Source: Candidatus Bathyarchaeota archaeon
Lineage (GTDB): Archaea; Thermoproteota; Bathyarchaeia; 40CM-2-53-6
Direction of reading: 5' to 3'
NCBI GenBank assembly: GCA_963706285.1
Contig: CAVPLU010000004.1
Span: 1-64,000 of the forward strand
DNA length: 64,000 nt
The position numbers and the translations under genes are program-made. Of the stretch, positions 28,263 through 38,974 are shown piece after piece. A model generated the notes under the pieces. That model ran no database searches, was not told the DNA's origin, and saw nothing but the letters and a program-made list of their open reading frames with translations. Every line of letters begins with the position of its first letter. Positions within the stretch are counted from its first letter, which is position 1.

Positions 28263-31014
28263 GTGACTGCCTTGGCAACCACTCTCCCGGAAGAGAAGGC
28301 TTGGCATGCGCTCGATCCAGCGGAAGCGATTCTGGCGTTAGAATCGAGCAAGGAATTGGGGCTCACGGACGATCAGGCTATTTCAAGGGCAGCGATCTAC
28401 GGTCCTAACGTACTGGAGACAGGGAAGAGGACTTCCCCTATCCGGGTTTTCCTTGAACAGTTCTCCAACCTGTTGATTGGAATCCTGCTCATTGCGACAG
28501 TAATCTCGGCGTTGCTGGGCGAGATTGTTGATGCTTTGGTCATTTTCGTGATCGTTCTCTTTGCTGTTATTTTGGGATTCTTGCAGGAATTCAGAGCAGA
28601 GAAAGCACTCGAATCTCTCAAGAAGATGCTCAGCCCCACCTCCACAGTCATACGCAATGGCCTCCGCAAAGAGATTCCAGCGTCACAGCTTGTTCCCGGT
28701 GATGTCCTGTTGTTGGAGGCTGGAGACAGAATCGACGCGGACGCACGCCTGATAGAAGCGTTCAACCTTCAGGTGAATGAGGCCCCGCTCACAGGCGAAT
28801 CAGTTCCCGTCATGAAAGTGACTGACAAACTGGGCGAGGTTCTCTCCGTTGCGGACAGACTCAACATCGTATTCGCCGGAACTACCATAACACAAGGCCG
28901 AGCAAAAGCCTTGGTCGTATGTACTGCCACTCGCACCGAATTCGGAAAGATTGCAGCTGAGGTAGCAGCAATCGAGACCGAAGAGACTCCTCTGGAAATA
29001 CGGATGAAAGAAATCGGCGAGAAACTCGGTAGAATCGCCCTCATCATAGTGATGGTGATAGCGTTCGGCGGATTATTGGAGGAATTTTCGAGGACGGGAA
29101 CAGTAGGAATTGACTTCGTAGTGAGAATCTTCCTCTTTGCAGTCGCGTTGGCTGTGGCAGCCATCCCGGAGGCTTTACCGGCAATTGTCACCGGTAGCCT
29201 GGCGATCGGCATGCACATCATGGCCAAGAGGAATGCGCTTGTGCGGAGAATGCCTGCTGTCGAAACTCTTGGTGCAACTCAGATAATCTGCACAGATAAG
29301 ACGGGGACCTTGACAAGGGGCGAAATGACGGTACGCCAACTGTACCTCTCAGGCGCAAAATTCGAGGTTACGGGAAAGGGTTACGAACCTGAAGGTGAAC
29401 TTCTACCGAGCGACGGCTCCTCAGAATCCAGTGCCCCGGGAACTGGGAACAGGTTTGCGACGGCAGCCCTGCTGTGCAGCGATGCGCTGCTAGTCCAAGA
29501 AAAAGGAGAGTGGATCGTCAAAGGAGATACCACCGAAGGCGCACTCGTGACCTTAGCTGAAAAGGTTGGAGTCAAGCAGAGCGAAGTGCGTGATCTGCAT
29601 CCTAGAGTGGGCGAGATATCCTTCACCTCGGAGAGGAAACGCCTAACGACCATCCATGTCGAACCCAACGGCAGAGTAATTGCTTACATGAAGGGCGCAC
29701 CAGACGTCGTGCTGCCCCTATGTTCCTCCATCATTGAAAACGGAAAGGTCAGAGAGCTCAAAGACAGCGGCCGGGCGAGTATTCTCAGAGTAAATGAAGA
29801 GATGGCGCTCAGGGCTCTGCGGGTTATCGCCGTGGCCGAGAAGGAGCTACCATCTATCCCAAAGAACTATTCTGAGAAACTGATTGAATCCAACTTCACA
29901 TTTCTGGGTCTAGCAGGAATCATGGATCCACCTCGTCAGGAAGCCATAGAGGCAGTTCACACGGCGAAAGCTGTCGGCATGAAGCCAATAATGATCACGG
30001 GGGACCACAAACTCACCGCTTTGGCGATAGCAAGGGAGACTGGAATCTATGAAGAAGGCGACTTGGTCCTAACGGGCGATGAGGTTGACAGCCTCAGCGA
30101 GGCGGAATTCGAGGAAAAAGTAGAGAAGATCAGTGTCTACGCTCGCGTCTCTCCAAGTCACAAACTGAAGATCGTTGACGCTTGGAAGAAAAAGGGAAAG
30201 GTCGTCGCTATGACGGGTGATGGCGTCAACGACGCTCCTGCCTTGAAGAAAGCCGACATTGGCATTGCCATGGGAATCACTGGAACTGATGTTGCCAAGG
30301 AATCCGCTGACCTCGTGCTGGCCGACGATAACTTCGCCACCATAATCAAAGCGATCGAACTTGGAAGATGGATCTATGAGAATATCAAAAAGTATCTAGC
30401 GTATCTTCTCCAGGCGAACTTCGTAGAGATAGCAGTCCTCACATCTTGCTTCTCTGATAATTCTACCCTTGACGGGAGCTCATGCTGAGGACGCACTGCC
30501 GTTACTTGCCGTCCAGATATTGTACATCAATCTTGCCACGGACGGCCTTCCAGCAATAGCGCTTGGTTTCAGTCCGCCCGACCCAGATCTAATGAAGAAG
30601 CCGCCAAGACTGAGAGAGGAGTCAGTCTTCACGAGGGAGGTCGTTCGGCTAATAATTCTGGCTCTGGTTGTACAGACGCCTCTCCTACTCTTCGGGTTCA
30701 TATCCGGTTTGTCGGAAGGACTAATTGTGGCTCGGTCAAGGCTGTTCTTGATGTTCATTGGTGTCGAGTTAGCGATTGCGCTCAATTGTCGATCGCTCAG
30801 ACACTCCGTGATTGAAATCAGGCCGCACAAATGGCTGGTAATCGCCGTCGCATGGGAGGTTTTGCTGATAGTTATGCTTCTTTTGATACCTCAAGCGAGA
30901 AACGCTCTGGGAATGGTCTTCCCGACCTACAATGATTTGATGTGGGTTGCTGGAGGAGTGGCAGTGACCTTCGTGAGCATGGAGCTCCTGAAGAAATACA
31001 TCAGGCTACACTGA
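28263..31014 (+). CDS. P2A-type cation (Ca2+) P-type ATPase (frameshift ~30445)
   Basis: [41 protein letters not shown]. Confidence 0.93.
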
Positions 31015-31081
31015 CAGTATCATATTGGAGCGCTGTGGGTCTGCTTCGTGATCGGACCGAACATACTAGATGATGTCTTGA

Positions 31082-31426
31082 CTATGAAAGTCGCTGGAAT
31101 CTGAAACCCTCGACATCTTTTCCACGGATCTTGCGTATGTGTCCCCAAACGGGACGGACTCTATCTCCGATTCTGATCTCTTCGCTTAGGACCTGACCTG
31201 TAACCCTGACCTTGTCATTGAATTCAGCTATGGCAAGGGTTAGTGGCAGTTGTTCGATCCCTTCTGGTACTGCCCAGAGTTTCGTGAATGTCACAATTCT
31301 GCCCTCATCGCCTAGGGGCAGCTCAACAAAGTCTTTCCCTTTGCATGATGGACAGATGAGTCGTTTCGGGTATGTCGCCGCGCCGCACTTCTTACATTTG
31401 TATCCGATGAGCCTATTCTCTGCCAT
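31082..31426 (-). CDS. DUF35 zinc-ribbon/OB-fold protein
   Basis: CKKCG...YPKRLICPSC, GRIVTFT; abuts the thiolase gene. Confidence 0.9.
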   Translation of the reverse strand: MAENRLIGYKCKKCGAATYPKRLICPSCKGKDFVELPLGDEGRIVTFTKLWAVPEGIEQLPLTLAIAEFNDKVRVTGQVLSEEIRIGDRVRPVWGHIRKIRGKDVEGFRFQRLS

Positions 31427-32609
31427 CTAGCTTCTCTCCAGCACGAACGCCACAATGTTGTTTGCGAAGCCTCCCAAGTTGCAGGAGAATGCTCGCTGAG
31501 CGTTCTTCACTTGTCGCTTGTCCGCTTCTCCTCTAAGCTGCCAAGTCATTTCAACTATCTGAGCTACTCCCGTGGCTCCTACGGGGTGACCTCTCGCCTT
31601 TAGTCCGCCGGATGGATTTATCGGAAATTTTCCATCGAGCGCGGTCACGCCTTCGCGAAGCGCTTTGTGGCCTGTGCCTTTTTCGAAAAATCCTGCGTCT
31701 TCGCTCTCAACTATTTCGAGTATTGTGAAGGCGTCGTGTAGTTCTGCGAAACTCATGTCCTGTGGCGTGGTCTTGCTCATCTTGAAAGCTTGTGCAGCAG
31801 GAAACCCTGAGCGCCTCCAGTACCGCTGGATCTTTCCTGTCTTGCAAGGCCATTCTGTCAGTCGCTTGACCGACCCCCGTTATTCTGATGGGGGTGTCTG
31901 TGAATTCCTTCGCCTTGTCTGCGGAGGCTAGGAGAACTGACGCCGCTCCGTCTGTGACAGGACAACAATGGTACATCCGGATTGGATCCGATATGATGGG
32001 GTTGTTCACTTCGGCCTCTGGGGACCCGTAGATCCCCTCCAACGTTACTGGTTGCTGGATGTGGGCGTACGGATTCTTTGAACCGTTGAGGTGGTTCTTC
32101 ACGGCAACGCGTGCGAGATCCTCTTCTGTCACACCGTATTTTTCCATGTACAGTCTCGCTAGCATCCCAGCTAGGGATGGGAGTGTAACGCCGTGAACGT
32201 ATTCGGCCTCTATGTTGGTCATTGTGGCTATGTAATCGGTGATGACTTCGCCTGGTACGTGTCGCATCTTCTCCCCACCCGTAACGAGGACCGTGTCGTA
32301 CAGGCCGCACGCAATTGCACAGAAGGCGTTCTTGACAGCGGATCCTCCAGATGCAGGGCCGTTCTCCACGCGATCCGCGGCAGCGGGAGTCAACGCTAGC
32401 TGGTCCACAAGGGCGCTCCCCACGGCTGTCTGATGGTTCAATTCTCCGGCCAACATGCTGGCCGCATAGACTGCGTCGATGTTCTTGTCGCTTGCGCCGG
32501 CATCCTCTAGCGCTTTGATGCTAGATTCGGTCATAAGGCTGAGCAGAGTCTTATCGTCGTGTCTGCCGAACTTCGTCATGCCGCAACCTACGACGGAGAC
32601 GTCTCTCGA
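31427..32609 (-). CDS. Thiolase-fold protein without the N-terminal catalytic Cys (frameshift ~31800; start uncertain)
   Basis: [43 protein letters not shown]; ENGPASG in place of ExxCASG. Confidence 0.9.
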
Positions 32610-32625
32610 GTCTGCTCCCTCATCA

Positions 32626-33292
32626 CTATTGAGATACCCAGTCTAGGGGTGCGTTCTCAAATGTTCCGGCTTTCTTCAGCACATCGTCAGGTACAGGTCT
32701 TGATCCCAGCACAAGTCGAGGCTTGACTTTCTGATAGATTTCTCTAGTTATTGCCCAGGCCTTGGCTCCGCCCAATTCATGTTGCACGCCTGGTTTGACT
32801 TGGAGCCCCCACTCAACAATCCAGCGGCGAAAACCGATCGGGCTCTCTGCAGTCACAAGTATCTCTTCCGCTCCCAAGGTTTCCATGGAATGTTCATGTT
32901 TAGCTGCGAACAGGTGAGCACCAACCCTAGCACCCCGTTTCAGATGCCGTCGTGTGATAGCTGATGTGAGTCTTCTGATCATGTGCACGGGTGTTGACGA
33001 TTCCAGCCAAAGTTCCGTCAACGATTCCGATGAGACAGAACTCGTTTCTGACTCTACGTCTGTACCATCCCAGCAGCTCGGCGTATTGTCTAGCCGCGAC
33101 AATGTCGTAAAAGTCTCTTGACACTGTTAGGAGCGGCGTGATAGCCTGAAGCAGTTTCGGAACTTCTTCCCTCGCAGCCTCCCGAACTATCATGCGTTCA
33201 CCGGTAGGAAGAAGAACCGTTTTGGGAGGGTAGGGTTTCTTGGGAATGTCCCAATCTATCCCAAGTATGGACTCAATATCTTCACTCAACAA
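32626..33292 (-). CDS. GNAT-fold N-acetyltransferase-like protein, paralog B (frameshift ~32945)
   Basis: DFYDIV, DGTLAGIVNTR, ESPIGFR, QHELGGA shared with 11998-12738. Confidence 0.6.
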
Positions 33293-33473
33293 ACTGCCAC
33301 CGTATTTCGTAGCTCCGAATGCAATTATAGGCTTTTATCATGTCTTGGTAGGTAGCAAATTACTCGCCGTGCTGATGGCTTGACAACCTGACGCCGCCAT
33401 TCGTTGCAAGCGCAAGTTCTCTCTTTGACCGCTAGACACAAATTTCAGTGAAGCTATGGCGCCTTGATTCACG

Positions 33474-34070
33474 TTGGTACTAGTGGAAGACAAAAGATCC
33501 AAGAAAGTGGCGGTCATCGCCCACTGCTTGCTCAACCAGAACGCAAAGGTGAACGGATTCGCTCTCTTCCCAGCCATGATCAAGCCGCTGATCGATATTC
33601 TGCATAAGAACGATTTCGGGATCATCCAGCTTCCCTGCCCCGAAACCACACTATTGGGAACAAGACGATGGTGGTGCGTGAGGGAACAATACGACACACC
33701 GGGGTATCGAATGCACTGCATGAGAATCCTCGAACCAATACTGCCACAGATAGCGGAATACCAGAAGGAAGGGTACAAGGTGGTACTCATTGGTCTGGAT
33801 GGCAGTCCATCCTGCGGAGTAGACTGGTCAGGCACAGGCAAGATGTGGGGCGGCCCTCCAAAAATCCCCGAAGAGGAGATAGTGAAGTATCCGCTAGCGA
33901 AGAAACCTGGAATCTTCTTCGAAGAGCTGATCGCCATGATGAAGAAGGCGGGAATCGAGAAGCCTCACATGATCGGCGCAGGCTTCGACATGCCAGGATT
34001 CAAGATGGATACTATTATTGAAGGGATAGATGCGTTCCTCCGCAAAGTCATAGAACGCCTTGAGTCGTAA
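33474..34070 (+). CDS. TudS/DUF523-related Fe-S protein (putative desulfidase)
   Basis: AHCLLNQN, QLPCPE, GSPSCGV give the three Cys cluster ligands. Confidence 0.8.
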   Translation: MVLVEDKRSKKVAVIAHCLLNQNAKVNGFALFPAMIKPLIDILHKNDFGIIQLPCPETTLLGTRRWWCVREQYDTPGYRMHCMRILEPILPQIAEYQKEGYKVVLIGLDGSPSCGVDWSGTGKMWGGPPKIPEEEIVKYPLAKKPGIFFEELIAMMKKAGIEKPHMIGAGFDMPGFKMDTIIEGIDAFLRKVIERLES

Positions 34071-34213
34071 AGTCGATCTAGCTAGCGCCCCTCAGAGTGG
34101 TCTGCGGATAAAGCGCATGAAACGCCAACCTTTGCCGCTTCACTTCTAACAGACAACTGTCTCCTAACATGCAGTACAGGTTAGCTGGTAAGAAAGGACT
34201 CGTTGGCAAAGCC

Positions 34214-34221
34214 TTTAATAA
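34214..34221 (+). promoter_or_regulatory. Candidate TATA box of the BMP/ABC operon
   Basis: TTTAATAA about 30 bp before ATG 34253. Confidence 0.4.
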
Positions 34222-34252
34222 AAAAGGAAGCGCCATCCTGATCCGAGGAAAT

Positions 34253-35320
34253 ATGAACAACAAGACAACAGCGGTTGCGCTGATAGTAACGCTCGTCATC
34301 GGAATCGTGGTCGGAATTGCAGCAGCACCAATGGTCACGACCTCAGTCATAGGAGGAGTGACTCCCGGGATGACCTCTGCTATCTCCCAACTGAAAGTCG
34401 GCCTAATACTGCCGATAACTCCAGAAGACTACTCGTGGAACTACCAAGCGGACTACTCAATCAAACTGATTCAGAAACAGTTCGGATTTCAACTGACGAC
34501 TGCAGAGAACCTTTTCGACGGAACTAAGGCAGAACCAGTCGCTACCGACTGGGCATCAAAAGGATACAATGTGATAATCGGACAGGGAATTCAGTACCAA
34601 GACATGTTCAACAAGATCGCTCCACAGTTCCCCAAGACCGTGTTCGTCTGTGTCGACTGCTTTGCAGGCACGGGCAACGTGTACAATGTTTGGTGGTACA
34701 TGGCAGACGCAGCATACCTGATGGGACTACTAGCCGGCAAGATGACTCATACCAACAAGATCGGCCTGATTGGAGGTGGAAAAGCCATGTCCATCTGGGC
34801 AGGGCATGAAGCCTTCAAGAGAGGCGTTAGACAAGTGAACAAGGCTGCAACATTCCAGGAAGCATGGATGGCATTCTCATGGGCGGACGTTGCAGGTGCA
34901 AAGAAAGCAGGAGAACAGATGGCAGATCAGGGTGTTGACTTCATCTTCAGCAGCGGGGACGGAATCGATGTCGGTGTCAGACAAGTAGCCAAAGAAAAGA
35001 ACATCCAGATGACAGGAGTGTACGCGGATGCGGCACACCTAGATCCTGCCCACATAGCCCAGAGCATGGTCGTGCGATGGGACATAGCCTACCTTACAGC
35101 GATATTTGACTACGTACGCGGAGACTACAACAACAAATGGCTGCAGGCAGACCTCTTCGCCGGAATGGTCTCTCTGGGCGCATTTGGCAGCGCCGTACCA
35201 CAGGACACCCAAACCTACCTGACTGCACAGCAGAGTTCACTTCGAATGGGCGTCTCATTGCCATTCACGCTGGACTCAACGTGCTTCGACAAACCAGATC
35301 AACCGCAGTGCAAAGTCTAG
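34253..35320 (+). CDS. BMP-family (nucleoside/purine-type) ABC substrate-binding protein
   Basis: N-terminal TM anchor; DYSWN, AYLMGLLAG, NKIGLIGG, DQGVDFIF. Confidence 0.85.
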   Translation: MNNKTTAVALIVTLVIGIVVGIAAAPMVTTSVIGGVTPGMTSAISQLKVGLILPITPEDYSWNYQADYSIKLIQKQFGFQLTTAENLFDGTKAEPVATDWASKGYNVIIGQGIQYQDMFNKIAPQFPKTVFVCVDCFAGTGNVYNVWWYMADAAYLMGLLAGKMTHTNKIGLIGGGKAMSIWAGHEAFKRGVRQVNKAATFQEAWMAFSWADVAGAKKAGEQMADQGVDFIFSSGDGIDVGVRQVAKEKNIQMTGVYADAAHLDPAHIAQSMVVRWDIAYLTAIFDYVRGDYNNKWLQADLFAGMVSLGAFGSAVPQDTQTYLTAQQSSLRMGVSLPFTLDSTCFDKPDQPQCKV

Positions 35321-36337
35321 CCAAGCTACGCGGCGTGGGCTACAACGCCCTCGCGCTAGCTGTGGGCATATCCTCGGGGCTGGCTCTGGTCCTCGCCACT
35401 GGCGGAGACATAAGAGCAGCCTCGATCTCCCTTTTGTTAAGCCCGATATCGAGTGTCTACAGTTTTTCCGAGATATTCGTGCGACTCACAATTCTCTTGA
35501 TAATGGGTCTAGGAATCTCTCTGGGTTTGAGGGCTGGAGTATGGAACGTCGGAGCTGAAGGGCAGTACATCGTTGGAAGCGTGATGGCGATGGTGACGGC
35601 AATGTACCTTACCTCCGTTCCTCCTGCACTGACGCTCGTCATCATGATGCTGGCAGGAGCAGGAGGCGGTGTTCTTTGGATGATCGTCCCAGCGGTTCTT
35701 AAGGCAAGATTTGGAGCTAACGAGATCATAGTCACTCTATTACTGAATCTCGTTGCATCGAACTTCCTCCTATACGCTTTGGATGGTCCAATCCGTGCAA
35801 AGGGATCAGGCGGATACCTAATCTCCGACATTCTGCCTCCTGAACTCAGACTTCCCAAGCTCATCCCCCAAACGAGACTGGGCATTGGGGTACTGATTGC
35901 ATTAGGTTTGGTCGTAGTATTCTATTTGCTGAGCGAAAGAACGTCTTTTGGTCTTCAAGTCAGAACAGTAGGAAGAAACCAGCAAGCAGCAAGATATGCC
36001 GGAATAAGCATACCGAGAATCAGTCATCATGACGCTACTTCTTGCAGGAGCGACGGCCGGCTTAGCTGGAGCAGTGCACGTTAGTGGCGTAATATTTACT
36101 CTTGATCCTGGATATCCTTCCGGCTATGGGTTCATTGCGATAATTGTCGCAATGCTGGGCGGAACATCTGTAGTCGGGACAACCATAGCTGCATTGGTGA
36201 TGAGTTACTTTATCGTTGGTGCTGAATCGATGCAAAGCGCCGCAGGTGTCCCCTTCGCTCTTGTATACACGATTGAAGGCATTATTCTCTTCAGCTTGGC
36301 CGCAGGTCAATATCTGATGTCTAAAGAAAACAGGTGA
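35308..36337 (+). CDS. Nucleoside-type ABC permease 1 (frameshift ~36023; start approximate)
   Basis: WNVGAEGQY, NEIIVTLLLN, AARYAGI, GYGFIAIIVAMLG. Confidence 0.88.
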
Positions 36338-36374
36338 CTCTGCCACGGTCGATATTCTGTTCGCTGAAGCGATC

Positions 36375-37271
36375 TTGTATCAGACTCTGAAGCTGGTTCC
36401 CGCGATTCTCTTGGCGAGTCTTGGCGAACTCGTCGCGGAGAAATCCGGCGTAGTGAATCTTGGCGTCGATGGACTGATGCTGATGGGAGCGTTCACAGCT
36501 TTCACTGTAACCTATTTGACAGGAAATCCATGGCTGGGCATAGTTGGCGCGGTCATGGTATCAGTTCTCTTGGGACTGATGTTTTCATATTTTGCGATCA
36601 ATCTACGTGTGAACCAAGTGGTCGTCGGTCTTGGTCTATGGCTGTTCGGTCTAGGGCTATCTGACACTCTCTTCAGAGGATTCTTCTCCATTGGCTACAC
36701 GCCAACTGTGCCAATAATTGGAGACATAAGCATTCCATTCCTAACTTCGATCCCTGTTATTGGGAGACTCTTCTTTGGACAGAATCCAATAGTCTACATC
36801 TCCATTTTTCTGATACCTGTCGTGGCACTCTTTCTGAGCAAAACGAACCTGGGAATGAGGATTGCAGCCGTAGGTGAGAATCCAAGGGCCGCGGAAACAA
36901 TGGGGGTTGATGTCTACAAGATCCGGTATATAGCGGTGCTAATTGGCGCCGCATTTGCAGGCGCAGGCGGCGCATACTACTCGACAAGTCTCCTGAGTAC
37001 ATTCATCCTAAACATCACTTTCGGGCGCGGCTTCATAGCAATAGCTATGATATACTTCGGAAAATGGAAGCCCTATCGTGTTTTGCTACCACTAATAATC
37101 TTCAGTTTCGTTGATTCACTGCAACTTGGCGTGCAGACTTTGGGTGTACCGATAAAGTACTTCTTCCTCAACATGATTCCTTACATTACGATTATTGCAT
37201 TGATTCCGATACTTGGCAGACATGCGGAGGCTCCCGCAGCCCTCATGGAGCCGTACAAGAAAGGCGGATAA
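36375..37271 (+). CDS. Nucleoside-type ABC permease 2
   Basis: EKSGVVNLGVDGLML, GENPRAA, GRGFIAIA, PAAL..PY. Confidence 0.92.
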   Translation: MYQTLKLVPAILLASLGELVAEKSGVVNLGVDGLMLMGAFTAFTVTYLTGNPWLGIVGAVMVSVLLGLMFSYFAINLRVNQVVVGLGLWLFGLGLSDTLFRGFFSIGYTPTVPIIGDISIPFLTSIPVIGRLFFGQNPIVYISIFLIPVVALFLSKTNLGMRIAAVGENPRAAETMGVDVYKIRYIAVLIGAAFAGAGGAYYSTSLLSTFILNITFGRGFIAIAMIYFGKWKPYRVLLPLIIFSFVDSLQLGVQTLGVPIKYFFLNMIPYITIIALIPILGRHAEAPAALMEPYKKGG

Positions 37272-37288
37272 ATCCAGGCGATCGGATC

Positions 37289-38830
37289 CTATGACGAATG
37301 CGATTTGCTCTGCGTCATTAGCCTAGCGATCTCTTCCACTTTAGCTTGCGCAACAGGGAATATCCCGGAAATTCGGCCGTTACTAATGACTGCAATCCGA
37401 TCGCTCATGTCAAGAAGTTCGTCAAGTTCATTGGAGATCAGAAGAATAGCTCTTCCCTTCTTCTTCTCCTTCATCAGTAGGTTCCGCGTGTACTCAGTTG
37501 CGGCAACATCCAAGCCCTTAGTAGGATTGTGGGCAATAACGATTTTCGGTCCCCAGAAGAGTTCTCTTGACAGCAGGAACTTCTGCTTGTTTCCTCCAGA
37601 AAGGGTCCATGCCTGCACATTCTCCGACTGAGTAGCAACATTGTACTCTGAAATCAATTTCGTCAACTCCGATCTTACGGACTTCAGGTCCAGCAAACCA
37701 GATTTTGTGAACATCTTTGCTATGTGCGGCTCTATAATCAGATTGTCCGGTAGGGAGAAATCGAATACCAGTCCAATCTTCTGATCTTCTGGAATGTGGG
37801 CTACACCAAGCTTCCTGATTTCATCAGGAGCCAACCCTGTGACATCGTTACCCATGATGAGAAGCTTGCCGCCAGTTGGCTTGCGAATACCGGTTGAGAC
37901 TTCAACTAGCTCTCTCTGTCCGTTTCCTGCTATTCCCGCGAGGCCTAGGATCTCTCCGCCTTTGACGGAGATCGAGACATCTTCGAGAGCAGGAAATCCA
38001 ATGTTGTTCAATGCTGATATGTTTTGAAGCTCAAGGAAGGCTTCCCCGATTTGCGACGATAGTCTGTCCACTCGAAAGACCACATCGCGTCCGACGATCA
38101 TCTTTGCCAGGTCTGCCGCCGTAACGTTTCTTGTGGCTTCGGTGGCAACAACCATCCCGCGTCTTAGTACTGTCACGTTATCGGTTACGGCCAGAATCTC
38201 GTCGATCTTGTGTGACACAAAAATGACGGATTTTCCCGAAGCTACCATTTGCCGCAATGCAGAGAAAAGTTCACGAGTTTCCAGGGGCGTCAGCACAGAT
38301 GTCGGTTCATCAAGAATAAGTATGGTTGCGCCCTTGTAGAGGGCCTTTAGAATCTCAACCGACTGTCTCTGTCCTGCGGATAGGTCTCTGATTGTAGCAT
38401 TCGGATCAACAGCAAGTCCGTGCTGCCTAGCAACTTCCGTGATATGTTTCGCCAAGCCTTGGCGATCAACGAATGGGTGTTTCCATCCCTCGCCCTCCAT
38501 GACAGAGATGTTCTCGACAACTGTCATTGTGGGGACGAGCATGAACTCCTGATGCACCATCGCGATTCCAGAGTTCATTGCATCCTTGGGAGAACGGAAG
38601 TGCATTTGTTTACCATTGACGAGGATCCTGCCGCAGTCAGGGCTGTAGAGACCGTAGATGATGTTGCAGAGAGTTGTTTTGCCGGCTCCATTCTCGCCTA
38701 GAAGAGCATGAACCTCTCCGCGTTTGAGGCTGAATGTGATGTTGTTATTGGCTAATAGTGTTCCAAATTGTTTTGTGACACCTTCGGTTGCCAACGCGAG
38801 GTCGACTGGGTTGGTCCTCTCGGATGCCAT
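37289..38830 (-). CDS. Nucleoside/sugar ABC ATPase with duplicated NBD
   Basis: GENGAGKT, LDEPT, GIAGNGQ, LSGGNKQK. Confidence 0.95.
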   Translation of the reverse strand: MASERTNPVDLALATEGVTKQFGTLLANNNITFSLKRGEVHALLGENGAGKTTLCNIIYGLYSPDCGRILVNGKQMHFRSPKDAMNSGIAMVHQEFMLVPTMTVVENISVMEGEGWKHPFVDRQGLAKHITEVARQHGLAVDPNATIRDLSAGQRQSVEILKALYKGATILILDEPTSVLTPLETRELFSALRQMVASGKSVIFVSHKIDEILAVTDNVTVLRRGMVVATEATRNVTAADLAKMIVGRDVVFRVDRLSSQIGEAFLELQNISALNNIGFPALEDVSISVKGGEILGLAGIAGNGQRELVEVSTGIRKPTGGKLLIMGNDVTGLAPDEIRKLGVAHIPEDQKIGLVFDFSLPDNLIIEPHIAKMFTKSGLLDLKSVRSELTKLISEYNVATQSENVQAWTLSGGNKQKFLLSRELFWGPKIVIAHNPTKGLDVAATEYTRNLLMKEKKKGRAILLISNELDELLDMSDRIAVISNGRISGIFPVAQAKVEEIARLMTQSKSHSS

Positions 38831-38974
38831 GTCATGCGGAGTGGATCAGGACGCTAAAGAGCCTTGCGGCATTTCAGCAGCGTTTGTGATGTCATTAGTT
38901 GAATTGAATTCGGGCAATTCTTATTAGCTCGTAACAGTCGCGCGTTGCAGAGGGTGCAAGGAGGCCGGATAGAT

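Noticed and set aside
31082-32609. Mevalonate-pathway acetoacetyl-CoA thiolase / DUF35 operon
   Set aside because: The catalytic Cys is absent and there is no adjacent HMG-CoA synthase.
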